Shown: one piece after another, positions 37,060 through 50,571 of the stretch | Layout of the letters: every line of letters begins with the position of its first letter | How positions within the stretch are numbered: the stretch's first letter is position 1 | Assembly: GCA_030770535.1 (NCBI GenBank) | Contig: JASVEC010000025.1 | Coordinates: 682,001 to 746,000 of the forward strand | Source: Batkoa obscura | Taxonomy: Eukaryota | DNA length: 64,000 bases | Direction of reading: 5' to 3' | Position numbers and translations under genes: made by a program | Notes under the pieces: model-generated | What the model was told of the DNA's origin: nothing | The model's input: the letters and a program-made list of their open reading frames with translations, nothing else | The model's database searches: none

Positions 37060-37839
37060 ATACGTTGAAACAAAAGGGTGATAGTAACATTTTTATATAA
37101 AAAAGGTATTTAGCACATAAAATCCAAAGGATTGCCATCATAGAAACCCAAGACTTAATGAATATTTAAAAATTAATTCCCGAGTCATCTGAGTATGTTT
37201 TACCAACATATGGGGGCCTAAACCTTTTTTACCATATAAATGCAAGAAGGAATGAATTCAACAGGACATTCCGTGAATTTCAGAAGCTCCTTTTAAAGAA
37301 GCTTATGTATATCTAGCATTGGATTAAATTCTACCAAAATAACATGAAAATCTTAGGTAATAAATCGAAAAAAAACAATATCTTTCATAAACCTCAGTTT
37401 ACCACGGAGTGAAATTTTCATATTTAGGTACTCTTATAAAATTCAATTGTCTTAAATAACCAAACTTACAATATAGAGGAGTTAGCCATAAAAATTATTT
37501 AAATTATTTTATTTTTACACTCACATTTTTTAAATTTTTGAAACGGTCCTAGGCCCTAGGTGGTTTTTTGAAATTTATAAAATCATTGTCCTTTAGTTTA
37601 AAACATATGTAGCTATAATAGCTTGTGCCCTTTCGATCTATATTATTTATTTCAAATCAATGTAAATAAACCGAACATTATTTAAATTACTCCTTTAGCA
37701 TGTAGATTGATGTACATATTAGTATCTTATAATTTAAGTAGATTTATATACAGCAATCGATCTAATCATATCTTTATTTTCAGTCTATTTATCAATACAC
37801 AATACAGTATCTTATAATATAAGATGTAATACAAGCTAT

Positions 37840-38210
37840 CACTAATAACGATTTGCAGGATTTTTACCCACCACTGCTCTTTAAAATAATAAATTTGAAC
37901 GAATTAATCTATTTTTTATTTCTCTTGGAAGCCATGAGCCCTAAATATTTTATTAACTAAAATAAGACGATTAAATACTAGGCGGTGTGACCGCTAGGGA
38001 CTACACCATTAACACTTCCCTTATGTAAGCGTAAGAAGATGATTCAAACTCATCTTATCTTTTTCAAATTAGGAAAGATGAAATAGTGTCACTTCAGCTC
38101 CAACCTTGATAAGGATTTCCATTGTATATGGTGAGCGGTGAGATTAAAAAGTAAGGATGAGGGAGCAGGATGATTAAATTGTGAGTTAGTAAAGCTTTCG
38201 TGCAAGGTAT
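37840..38210 (-). mobile_element. Second decayed fragment of the LINE-like element
   Basis: Shares co-linear blocks with 32950-33240 (TATTTTATTAACTAAAATAA, CTACAC.ATT, TCTTATCTTTTTCA, GGATG.TTAAATTG, TAAAGCTTT). Confidence 0.45.
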
Positions 38211-38531
38211 TAATCTGAATTTATTTCAACAATAATTCTATCAAAAGTAAACAAAATTTAAAAAATCATAAGGCAAATTTTTATAAAGCAAAAAATGATG
38301 ATTTATATAATTTAATGTTTTGTTTTGTTTATTTTTATTTACATTTCACTATCAAAAAACTTTGTATCAGCTTGTTGAAGTTTTCTTTAGAGCTGTGATG
38401 TGTTGAAAATCAATCGTCACTTTCCCTTCCATAATATTTACTAAACTGATATGCCAATAACAAGCTATATATAAAGAAATAAGCGAGGAAAAGTGAAAGA
38501 CAATAGATAGAATTCAAAGAATCGCCTTTAT

Positions 38532-38630
38532 GGTGATGTTTTTTTTGGTTTCATTATTTTATTTATTTTTTAAGCGCTATTTGAGCGGAAAGGTTGTTAG
38601 TAAAATTCTTAAACAGAAAAATACACCCCC
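38532..38630 (-). mobile_element. MITE copy
   Basis: Flanked by direct repeat TTAT/TTAT. Confidence 0.9.
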
Positions 38631-38668
38631 TTATAGAAACTTGAAATCTGAAAAAATCTTTAATAGAT

Positions 38669-38761
38669 GGGGGTGTCTTGTTTGGCTTCACTTTTTCCAT
38701 CTTTTAAGCATATTTGAGCGGAAAAATTGTCAGTAAAATCTTAAACACAAAATACATCCCC
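38669..38761 (-). mobile_element. MITE copy (38 bp from the previous copy)
   Basis: Flanked by direct repeat AGAT/AGAT. Confidence 0.9.
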
Positions 38762-39647
38762 AGATCTATTTTTTAGTCACCTGACTATGGCTTTTATTAG
38801 TAAAAATATGCTAAATTCTTTTATCAGGTAATGATATTTGAAGAAAAAGAAATTGGTTACAGTATTAGAGTAAAGTGAGTAAAAAGTCAAAGAAATTTTT
38901 TGATGAAGAATTACTTTATGACATAAAGTAAAAAATCAGTAAAATTTTAATATAATTTAAAATACTATATTGCGTTTTATTTAAGTATAATGATTAAAAC
39001 TAATGTTAAAGTTAGGGTTAGGATTGGTTAATCTAATTTCATCTTTTAATTTAGTTAGCATTGTTTTTTGAACAATCCATTTTTTTTTGCCTTACTAAGG
39101 TAAATTCCAGGCTTTTTTAAGCTACTCACCTTACTAATACTCTAACCAAGAAATTTAAAGAGGGATGGATCTTAAAGCTCTTGAGCTTAAAATGCAAAGA
39201 GCTACGTGTACGCCCATATCCTTTAATTGGTGTCTTTCAAGGGCTACAACTATATAGCTTTAAAGTTCTATTTCTTTATAGTTTATAGCCTTTATTGTGA
39301 AATAAAATTCATATTTTAAAATCATATCACTTTTTTTGTAATAATTTGGACTAAGTTTAAAATAAGCCCCTTATTTTTTTTAAATAATAGATTCACTTTA
39401 AAAAAGCAGTAGTAAGGGATTCAAATATTTAATAGTGCTATAAAATAAAATAAACTATTGTGTGACTGTTTTTAGCATATACTATCACAAACAGACATTC
39501 TATGACATGTTTTAAAACCTATTGATTTTATTGATATATGTTACAATTCAGTTTATTTTGATCTACTTTGAGTTTACAGTGTTTGTCTTATAATATTAAA
39601 AATAAAAAATAAAAAATCCTATCTTTTAATAAAATCGAACATAAACT

Positions 39648-40741
39648 TTATTTAGATTCTTCCTCGTCGTCACTTTCAGCTAAAGCTTCATAAACAGTAA
39701 TTTTTTCTTCTTTATTTTCAGTTACGACTGGAATATATTTTGGTAAATCAAATTCTGGTTTTTCAGAATAAACTGGAAGGTCTTCATTAGCTACTTGTTC
39801 ATATTCTTGGGTATAATTACGACGATAATAAATGTAACCAAACACTGGTACATAAATTAACATAGAGACTAATAATCCACCAAGTGCTCCATAACAGATA
39901 TATGTAAGTAATTCTAATAAATCAATTCCATTATATTTATATTTCATCGATTGGGGTTTACTATGTTTGTGATGATGTCCTATAAAATAATTCAACACAT
40001 GTTAAAAAATAGTTATTATTTATCTTACCATGATGATGTCCACCTCTCTTAGTATCCTTTGAAGAAACGGTATCTGAAATTTGACGAATTAAAGTACCAT
40101 CTTGATAAAGGTCTAAAACATGTTCTACAAATTCTTCTTGTTGAATTTGTTTACCATTTAACTCTAATATCTTTTCTTTAATAGTAATATGACGGCCTAA
40201 TATTGGTGAACCAGACATATCTGTTTCATCAATGATAGCAAAATCTTCCACACTTGAAGCTAATGAAATACTTAATATTCCTTCATCAAATTGAGATGCT
40301 ACAATTTTAGTTTGCCAGTCTGAAAGCCCTGCTTGCACATAGGTGGCATTAATTGTAGTAATGACACTTTCTCCTAATGGTGCTGCTTTTTTGCCATTAA
40401 GTAAAAGCTAAATTATAAAATTAACAGTTAAATTAATTAAATTAAAAACGAAAAGTTACCATATCATCTTCAACTTCAAAGTTAAGGTTAACAGAGTATA
40501 AACGTTCAGCTAAAACCTCTCCATTTTTATTAGAGATTTCATCAATACGTTTAACATTAACAATAAAGTTATTAACATTGCTTGGGTCACTGGAAAGTTT
40601 AACTGAAGTTTTACTTTTATCAGTGAATGGGGAAGCTAAATAATTGAAATTTAAAAATCAAATTTAAAGAGGTTAATCTATCAAAGTACCTGCAATCAAC
40701 GAAGTAAATAATATACTTAAAGTTGGATAAATAAATTTCAT
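39648..40741 (-). CDS. Type I membrane protein of unknown function (4 exons)
   Basis: Signal peptide MKFIYPTLSILFTSLIA; luminal domain; His-rich linker; TM helix; cytosolic LPVY/LPKY motifs; GT..AG introns join the ORF pieces. Confidence 0.75.
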
Positions 40742-43050
40742 TTTACAAAAAATAAATAGAAACTAAAAAGAATAAAGCTTAAAAAACTAATGAATTGTAA
40801 TTAATTAGTAATTTTCAAATGATTAATTGAAACGCCGTAAATTTACTAGTAGTCAATCATTTTTCAATATGATTTTATTTTATTGGTTAATTTAAAAATA
40901 TGCTTAAAATCAGCTAAAAATCAGTATTGTTCAATGATATTTGATAAAAACTTTATATGGGCAAGATCAGACCCTTTCATTGAGCGGAAACTCATCTCTA
41001 AAAAAATACAAAAACAAATCTCCCTTAATTCTAGCATCTTTCTTTTTTTCATTGCCAAGAGTCAAACAAAAAATACAAAATTATGCAATTGTCGCACTTT
41101 AACTATCAAGGTAGAAAATGAAGTTGATCTTTGAAATAAAATTTGGCTTGGCAGTCCAACTTTTAGCCCAACTTTCGATTCTGACAATCTTTTTTAAACA
41201 GCAATAGTTTTAAAATTAACAACTTCAGTTGACTTTCATTTCTAATAGCTAGCTATATTATATTAAATTTTATTAAGCTAGAAACAACGTTAATCAATAA
41301 ATCTTCTATTCTACAAAACAAATTTATTATATTATAAAATAATTCTCAATATAAATAAAACAATCTTAGGTTTTAAATTAATGGATTCAACTTTTTAATG
41401 AGAACCATAGTTAAATTAATTGAAAGTTCTTAAAATTTTAATTAAAATTGAATAAATGCTGTTAAAAAATAAGCCTAAATCCAATTATAAAATCCCGATA
41501 GCTTTTAATACTATGTTGAAGTTCTATTACGGCATAATTGGTAGTAATTTTTAGAGCTAGTTATTAGTTTATTTGGTTATTTTAACACTTAATTTTTAAT
41601 TATTACATCAATTTTAATAAAATTTATTACTAAATGAACAATTAATTGAGTTGTAATAGAGATATAATAGCTATAAAATTCAAAAAATCATAGACTCTAA
41701 AATCCAAAGATTGCGATTGTATAAATGTCTAAAATTCAACTAAATGAAAGGCTTATCTTATTATTATTATTTAACTATTTATTATTATTTTAATACATTA
41801 ATATTATGGGAACTTTAATTAGTTCCGTTATTAATAAAAATATATTAATAAAAAGTACAATTTGTATTAGTAAGCAAATGTTATTAGTAAATTAAAATTT
41901 TAAAGCTGCTAAATTTTTAAACTCAAAAGCTTAGAATTAATTTATAGATTTATTTCTCAGTTTTTCTCAAATTGAGGTTATAACATTTCAATTTCAATTT
42001 TAATATGATTTGAATTAAGGTTAAAATAAATTTCAATGAGGAAATTATTTAATGTGTTAATATTAAACACTATTAATATGTTTAAAACTTAAATAGAAAA
42101 TTTATTATTATCAGTATCATTATATTTATTATTATTTTATAAAATGAATAAAATAGAATAGTGGTATATCCAAATAATACAAAATTATTGATAGCGGAAA
42201 ATATTTAAATTGTGTAAAAGAATAAAACATTATAAAGAAAAGAAAAAGAAGCATAAAAGTAATATCAATTCAGGGGAAAATAAAAGCAAAGTAGAAAGTA
42301 AGTCTTATAAAAGGACAACTCAATAAATAAGGCAAAATAAGATATTAAAAAAATATGGCATTATTGAAAATAGCTTATTTTCTACTCAGGGTTAACTTTA
42401 AACCCTTAATAACCTTTATTTTTTTTTGATATTTTAAGTAGCGATTTCAATGTAAATATTAAAAAAGGTTCCAGTTCAATTAATCTCATGATTGGTTGAT
42501 CATCGATGTTAACTTTCTTTTTTAAGAAAGTTTTAATCTTAACATCTATCACAATGAGTTGATAATCTCTTTTATCCTACTGCTTAAATGTGGGGTAAAT
42601 AAAAAATAATAATGAAGAATAAGCATCAACAATTAGTTTATTAATAAAATGATATATTTATTCAACTATTAGCATAGTTATAAATTATAAGAGAGGATTA
42701 TATATTATATTATAACAGTAGATAATATTGTATCAGATTGAAAATTAAGTGATAAGTTTTAATCATGATATTTTTATTGAGATTTGTAGTCAAATTTTTT
42801 TATTAAGGCAAAAACTTCACGTAATTTGGTTAATGGCATAAATTTTCTTAAAGCATATAAAATCCTCTTATTTATTAATTACCTTTTCTCTATTGGTGGA
42901 ATTAGTTTTTAGTTGATTTAAGTAATAGAATTCAAGTGCATAAACCACCTGAATCATTATAAATATAAATAAAAATAAACTAAATTTTTTTAAAGTAGTT
43001 AAACTAGTTTTTATAAATTTTTATATAAAAAAAGATTCAATTTTTTATAA

Positions 43051-45077
43051 ATGACATCTCATCCCCTTTCTTTATCCACTGCTAAAGACAATTCTAATTT
43101 TATAATGAATCATCCAAAGTTATTAAATAGTAATAATAATAATAATAATAATCAAAATAATACCAATTTTCCAGCTATTTTAAATAAAGCTGATTTACAA
43201 TTTGAAGGTAATTTAGAAGATGTTATTTCAAATTGGTAAGTATTTAATAATTGAATTTATTTGTAACAATAAATTAATTGAATAAACTCTATAGGTCTGA
43301 AACTGAAAAGAACAGTCGACGACGATTAGTTGAATTTTGGCGTCATCATGAAAACAATACGATTTATTGTAGTTTCAAACCAATTTCACCTAGTCAAAAA
43401 GAACCCAATACATGTATAATATCATGTATTTATTGGGAAGAAAAAGAACAATATTTAGTGACTTCAGTAGATTGTATATTATTATTAGAAACTTTAATAG
43501 CAGTTCGATTTACAGTAGAAGAAAAAAATCGAATTCGTAGAAATTTAGAAGGTTTTAGACCATTAACCATTTCTAAATGTAAACCTGAAACTTCAGAATT
43601 TTTTAAATTGATCATGTCATTTCCAAATCCTAAACCAAGGAATATTGAAAAAGATGTCAAAGTTTTCCCTTGGAAAATTTTACCTTTTGCACTTAAAAAA
43701 ATTATATCAAAATATGTAAGTTAAAATCAAAGTTAAATGTTATTTTTTTAAATATTAATTTCATTTTAGGCTGCTGGTTATACCCCTGCCATGCCAATTA
43801 CACCTTCTATTAATAGTAATTTTTCCAATTTAAGTTCTGGATTAACTTCTCCAGCTCCTAATTTCCCAATGAATTTTAATCTAAGTCAACCAATGAATAA
43901 TTTTCCATGTAAGTTATTATTTACTAGTACAATAATGATAATAAATTAAATATGATTTATTAGCTCGTGCAAATATGCAACGTCGGTTTTCACAGCCCAT
44001 AAATTCGATGGATATGTCTCAATTTATGCATCCATATAAACAAATGCATCGAAGTCGAGGACTTGGGAGAATGCAAAACCCAATATTTAATAATGAATTA
44101 TCTTCTCAATTTCGAATTCAAGAAGAAGAAGAAGATACTTTTATGGAAAATAGTAATGATACAATGAATACAATTACTTCAATAACACCAATGAATCCGT
44201 TTAATTATACAATGGGAAATGATAATCATTCGACTATTCCAATAACTAATTTAGATACAAATTCTATTTCAGCATTAAGTTTAGAATCTTTATCAAATAA
44301 TAACAATAATCTAAATAATTTAAATAATCAAAGTCATATGATAAATTCCACTATGACAATGAATAGTTTAAATAATAATAATAATAGTAATTTACAACAA
44401 CGATTTAATACTAATTTTGATCATGATTTTTTAATACCACAATCAACAAGTAATAATTTTATTAAACAAAATCAAAATTTTGGACCAAGAAGGCATTCCC
44501 TTGCTGATCCTTATTCCCTTCAAAGATTTCAAGCTATGAAATTTGGGATTGGGCCATTCGCTATGAATTCTACTACTCAATCTTCAAATTCCCCATTTGA
44601 ATTCAATAATCAATTAAATGAAAATTCATTGTTTCAATTGAATAATGTAAATAATAATAATAACAATAATAATAATAATGGACAAATGAGTTATATGATG
44701 AATAATAATGTGAATAATTTCATGGAAAATGAAATATATAATTCAAATAATAATCATCAGAATAATAATATTAGTAATACTACTACTAATAATAATAATA
44801 CCAATTTTAATAATCATTTTAATAGTAATTTTATGGTAAATTAATTAACTTTATTATTATTAATTTATTAATTTATTTTTATTTATAGAATACCAATAGT
44901 AATAATAATAATAATACTCAACCTGGAACTTCATTTAATTTTGTTGAAGCCAATTTTAATTATAGTAATAATAATAATACAAATAATAATCATAATAGTA
45001 ATGATTTATTATTATCAGCAGCAAGTAATTTAAACACGAGTAATTATTTAAGTGAAGATTTTAATTATTTACAATAA
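43051..45077 (+). CDS. medA: Medusa (MedA/ACON-3 family) developmental transcriptional regulator, 5 exons
   Basis: RRLVEF..., ISCIYWEEK..VTSVD.I.LLE.L..VRFTVEEKNRIRRNLEGFRPLT.SK.K....FFK.IM.FP.PKPRNIEKDVKVFPWKIL..ALKKII.KY is the MedA conserved domain; Asn-rich tail. Confidence 0.85.
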
Positions 45078-45431
45078 TTTGTATTATTATTATTATTGTT
45101 CTATTGTTAATACGTCTATTGTATAACTATTACTCTTTCATTATTTAATTTTTTTTCTATTTTTTGATTATTTGATCCTTCTTCCCTTTCATTTTGATTA
45201 TTACCTATCTTCAGTCTTTTTCTGTGTCATCTTTATTCTTTTATTAAATTATATTATATTATTATTATTATTACTATTATTATATTATTATTATTATTAT
45301 TATATTATTATTATTATTATTATTATATTATTATTATATTATATTTTAGTATACTATTTATAAATTTTAAAAAAAAAACATACAATTAAATATATCATAT
45401 AAAAAATAAAACTATTATCATTATTTAAATG

Positions 45432-47635
45432 TTAATTTAATATTTTTTTAGATATTAAACCATTCATTATATCAAATGAATTACCATCTGGTTGTAATAA
45501 AAATGTTTGATAATTTAATGGATTAATAGAATTAGTTATCGGATCTAATGATATAACTTTTAATTCTCCATAATCCATCGTAATCCCAATTATTTGACAT
45601 TTTATATTATTTTGATCTTTTAATGTAATAATTTTATTACTAAAATAAAATAAAATAAAATAAAATAAAATAAAATAAAATATTATTAATATAATAAACA
45701 AATAAATAAAATATATTATTTTACCTATGTAACCAATATTTATAATATAATTGTTTAAATGGTTCCATTCCATTTTTTGATATTAGAAATAATTGATATA
45801 ATTTTTGAAATTGAATTAATATGTTAGGTAATATTTGTTCCATTGTTAATAAATTTAAATTAGTATTGTTTAATTGATTATAGTCTTCAATTAGTGAACT
45901 AATACAATATGTTGGTGTACGGTTATTGACATTTAATCCACAACCTAAATAAAATAAATTAAAATTAAATTAAATTAAAATTAAATTAAAATTAAATTAA
46001 AATATTAATAACTAAATAATAATAATATAATAAATAAATAAAACTAATTACCAATAACAATATTAAAGTTCTTATTTGAATAAGATGAATTAACTAATAC
46101 ACCACCAATTTTTTTGAATTCTCCAAGTTTATTTTTAGCATAAATATCATTTGGCCATTTTAAATAAATATCTAAATTTTCATAACCTTCAATTGATTTA
46201 ATGCCTTCAATAACTGCAATACCAAATAAATATTGTAATAAAATAGCAGAACATTTAGTTGAATTATTATGTTGAAAATAAATTGAAAATTGTAAACATC
46301 CAGAAGGTGATACCCATACATTTTTACCTCGTCCTAATTAAATAGAAAATATTATTTATATTATTTATATTATTTATATTATTTTTAATATTATATTTAT
46401 TATTTATTCTAATTTAATTTGAATTTACCTTTACCACTAACTTGAGTTAATGCTAAACATAAAGTACCATCATCTAAACAAGATTGAAATTTGATATTAT
46501 CATTTAATATACGTTGAGTTGATGTAATAACTGGAGTAAATATCATTTTATAACCAAATTGAATTTTATTATTATTTTCATCTAATAATTTATTATCTTT
46601 AATAATTTTTGAAAACTGTTCATTATAATGTTTATAATATTCAATTATGTTAAATTTAGAATTAATATTAATATTAATATTATTAAGTTGATTGTTGATT
46701 TCATTAATATCTTTATTTATTATTAATTTTAAATGATGTTTATTATTTGTGAATTGATTTAAATTAATTTCAAATGTATCTTTATTATCTTCTAATAATC
46801 CATTAGTTAAATTTAATTTGGATTTTAATTTCAATTCAATTTGTTCATCAAAATTAAACATATATAATGGAGTAATATCAATTTCTGAATTATTATTATT
46901 ATTATTATTATTATTTATTAATAAATTGATATCTTTAAATATATTAATCATTAACTTATTTAATTCCTCATTATTAATTTGTTGGGATATTTCATTTTTT
47001 TCAAGTGGTAAATATTCGGGATGAACAGCAGATAATAAAGCTTTACCTTTACCAACATTACATAAAATAATAGCTGAATTTTTATCTTCATCTAAAATAT
47101 CATTATATTGTGCTAATACTTTTACATTTTTAAACCTAGTTGCATTTAAAAAAGTACCTCCACCATTGTAATAAACTTTAGTTATTATATCTTCTTTAAT
47201 AAATTTGATATCCACTGCTTTAGCACCAATTTCTGATTCATATTGAAATCCAGGAAATGTTGCTCCTTGACATATCCCTGGAAAAAATTGTAATTCTCTA
47301 TTTCCAATAACTTGGATATTGGTTCCCAATTCAAATTCTACCCTTTTACCTGCATAATAAGCACCTGCACAAATACCCCAATAATTCCCACCATTGTAAA
47401 CATAATTTTGAATTTTTGAGTTACCTTTTCCTTCAAGTTTTTCTAAATATGGGATATCTCTTCCACCTCCAATAACAAGTAATTTGCAATTTAATTGCCA
47501 AGGTTCATTAACTAGTGCTTTATCATCAATCGATCGAATAGCATAATTTTCATTCATTAATCGCTTTAAATAATTGATTGTTTGAATTACAAAACCTGGT
47601 GAGGTACCGGGGCCATTATAGACTAATATATCCAT
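45432..47635 (-). CDS. BPL1: Biotin-protein ligase (holocarboxylase synthetase) with BPL_N domain, 4 exons
   Basis: ILVYNGPG, GGRD.PY, GICAGAYY, QVSGKGRGKNVWVSPSGCLQFS, KWPNDIY, KIGGVLV, LQPDGNSFDIMNGLI. Confidence 0.95.
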
Positions 47636-48214
47636 TATTTGTTATTCAAATAATTGAGTTGTAAATATTAAGGAAATAAAAAGATAATGAAAATTAGAAT
47701 TACAATTAGAATTTCAAAATTGATATTTGATATTTGATGGTGAAGAATTATTGGCTGAATTTCATATTGATTAGGTTTTTAATTATTTTATACAAATAAT
47801 AATTTTTTTAAAATTTATAAAATTAAAAATTAGAATAATTAGTTTTTATAACAATCTTATTAAAAAGTTATATCTATATTTTATTTCTCTCTTTTCTTAG
47901 TAATACTTTTATTTGATCTTTCATACCTTTATTTATTTCATTTTCTTAAATTAATTATTGTAAAAATTTTTTAGTTGTTTAAAAAAAGTTTAAGTTTAGA
48001 ATTTTTTAAATAAATTTATAATTACTTTTATTTAAAATGTTATTTAAAATTCAAAATTCAAATATTTTCAATGCAAAAATCAATTAAAAATAATAGAAAA
48101 AGTAATTGAATAAAAAAGATGAAATTTTGAAAGAATATAATTATATTTGTATTTAATCGAATTATTCTATTATTTATACAATGAATCAAATAATGTTTAT
48201 TTAAAACTTAATAA

Positions 48215-49969
48215 TTAAGACTCTGTAAACAAATTCTCTATATTTAAAGTACTTAATTTTTTTTTTAAATTAATAATTTGATAAACTATATTTTTTAAAG
48301 GTGGAGAAGATGATTGTAATACTGGATTTTGACCTCCCTTTTCAATTAAAATTAAACACTTTTTAATTAAAGTATAAGTATCTAAAGAATATTTTTCAAT
48401 ATGAAAATAGACTATTGATAACGTAAAACACATAATACCATAATTTAAATACATAATATCTTCAGTTGGTATTTGTAATATATGATTTAATATTTCGGAT
48501 GCTATAAATTCTATACTATTTTGACATGTTTTGATACGATTGGGATATAATGGTGTATCAAAAGAAGCTTGAGCTTGTAATAATAAATAGCGATAAATTA
48601 ATAAAAAACAAATAGAATAACTCAATTTAATATTCTGAATAAAAAAAAGATCTTCCTTATTATTATTAATAATAATCTTTTTTGATTTTAAATTGTTATA
48701 TTTAATAATGATTTTTTTATATTCAAATTGTAATTTTTTAATATATATTTTGGTTATTTGTTCATTTTTTTTATAATCATTTGTAATTGTCTTATTTCTT
48801 TCATTAAATTTAATATAAATCATAGACTTATGATAATTAGATTCAACATTTAACATTGCTTTAATATCATTACTATTATTGGTTAATTTAATACAATGAG
48901 ATATTAAATTAATAGTATTATCATATAAATAAGAATGAAATGGGGATGGAAAATTATAAGAAATTAATCTTATTACTGAAATATGTATTAAAGCACAATA
49001 ACATAATTTACGTTCTAATGAAATTTGATAATTTTGATATTTTAAATTGAAATTATGCAAACCTAATTGATAAGCTAAATGAGCAAAACATTCAAACCTT
49101 ATTTCAATTAATTCACATAAAATCCTTGTATTTTTTAAACCTTGATAAATTAATATAATAATTTGTAATGTTTCTAATGTTGGTTGATAATCAATTTGAC
49201 TTAATTTTTTTAATAACAATAATTGACAATAATCATTTAATATTAAACTAAATTTACTTGGCCTCATAAATTTTAATCCACAAGCATAAATAGCAGCCAT
49301 CAAATATTTATTTCTTTTTCTAGTTTCAAAAGTAGATTCTAAAAATAATGGTATATTACTATTAATATATTTAAAATAACACTTTTTAGCTTGCTCCATT
49401 ATAGGTATAAATTCCATTAACCAAGTCTCATTAGCTTCATTAAATTGATCAAAATTCTTTGGTAATTTGATACTTTCAGTAGTTAATATAGTAATAAATT
49501 GTTTATAAACATCTTCCGTTATCTTAGTATGTATAGCTGCTTCATCAAATAAATTACTTCCCATTAAAGTGGATATTACATTATAAGTGGACCTTAATTT
49601 AAAATTTTTAATTAATGATTTAATAGTATTATTAGGTACTTTTAATATATCTCTATCTAAATCTTGAAATAATGGTAACCAATTTTGATTATTATTATTA
49701 ATAAATCCAATAACTGTATTATTCTTATTATTCTTATTATTCTTATTATTTTTATTTATCTCATTCTTATTTGTTTCATTATTTGAAAAGAATTGTACTT
49801 TTTCTATAAATTCTTGTTCTTTTGTAAATTTATTACGTTTTTTATTTTTTCTTGTATAACAACATTGTATGTTTTTACTTTGACATCGTTGACATCCATT
49901 TAATTCTCGACTACATCCTTTTTTATCTTTACTACATCGATCACAACGTTGAAGTGCTAAGATGACCAT
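48215..49969 (-). CDS. Zn(II)2Cys6 transcription factor, intronless
   Basis: RCDRCSKDKKGCSRELNGCQRCQSKNIQC; LAYQLGLH...LERKLC; first ATG at 49969. Confidence 0.9.
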   Translation of the reverse strand: MVILALQRCDRCSKDKKGCSRELNGCQRCQSKNIQCCYTRKNKKRNKFTKEQEFIEKVQFFSNNETNKNEINKNNKNNKNNKNNTVIGFINNNNQNWLPLFQDLDRDILKVPNNTIKSLIKNFKLRSTYNVISTLMGSNLFDEAAIHTKITEDVYKQFITILTTESIKLPKNFDQFNEANETWLMEFIPIMEQAKKCYFKYINSNIPLFLESTFETRKRNKYLMAAIYACGLKFMRPSKFSLILNDYCQLLLLKKLSQIDYQPTLETLQIIILIYQGLKNTRILCELIEIRFECFAHLAYQLGLHNFNLKYQNYQISLERKLCYCALIHISVIRLISYNFPSPFHSYLYDNTINLISHCIKLTNNSNDIKAMLNVESNYHKSMIYIKFNERNKTITNDYKKNEQITKIYIKKLQFEYKKIIIKYNNLKSKKIIINNNKEDLFFIQNIKLSYSICFLLIYRYLLLQAQASFDTPLYPNRIKTCQNSIEFIASEILNHILQIPTEDIMYLNYGIMCFTLSIVYFHIEKYSLDTYTLIKKCLILIEKGGQNPVLQSSSPPLKNIVYQIINLKKKLSTLNIENLFTES

Positions 49970-50473
49970 TTTAAAAATAATCAATTTGTTTATTTATTAA
50001 GAAAGAAAAAAAGATGAGTTTCTATACTATATTTATAGTATTTATCTACATAATAAATTTTTTATTAAATCATTTTTTTTATTAATATGATTGGATAATA
50101 TCAATATAATAATGTTGATCTTTTTAGATGTTTTATTTCTTTTAAAAATATAAATTTAGATTTAAGCATTGGCTTATAAATACTAATTAAGAACATTTAC
50201 AATTTTTTATTTTTAAATCAATTATATTTTAATAATTTCTATCATAAGCATCTTATTTATTGAAATTAAAACAATAGTTTAAAACTCATTTAAGTAGATT
50301 TGAATTCTTGATAATTTTAATATTATTTTATTTATTTATTTCTTGAATATCGTTTATTTATATATTAATAATATTAGCAATTTTTTACTATTTGATTGTA
50401 TTAATAAAAGAATAAAAGAACAATACTAATATTGAAAGTATAAAACATTGATTTTTTTATATTAATAATATAT

Positions 50474-50571
50474 GGGGATGTATTTTGTGTTTAAGAATTT
50501 TACTAACAATCTTTCCGCTCAAATGGCGCTTAAAAAATGTAAAAAATAATGAAACCAAAAAAAACACCCCC
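50474..50571 (+). mobile_element. MITE copy
   Basis: Full TIRs; ATAT/ATAT. Confidence 0.92.

Noticed and set aside
37060..37600. Slightly GC-richer stretch next to a MITE, considered as a transposase remnant
   Set aside because: Frames examined by eye are interrupted by stops and show no recognisable DDE motif.
38530..38736. 68-aa ORF (and similarly 24939-25178)
   Set aside because: Reads through or out of MITE copies; not protein-like.
40955..41025. Possible further MITE relic (ATATGGG...TGAGCGGAAA...ATCTCCC)
   Set aside because: Only short motif matches; not convincingly co-linear with the consensus.
45172..45363. 63-aa hydrophobic ORF
   Set aside because: ATT/TAT microsatellite between the convergent medA and BPL1 3' ends.
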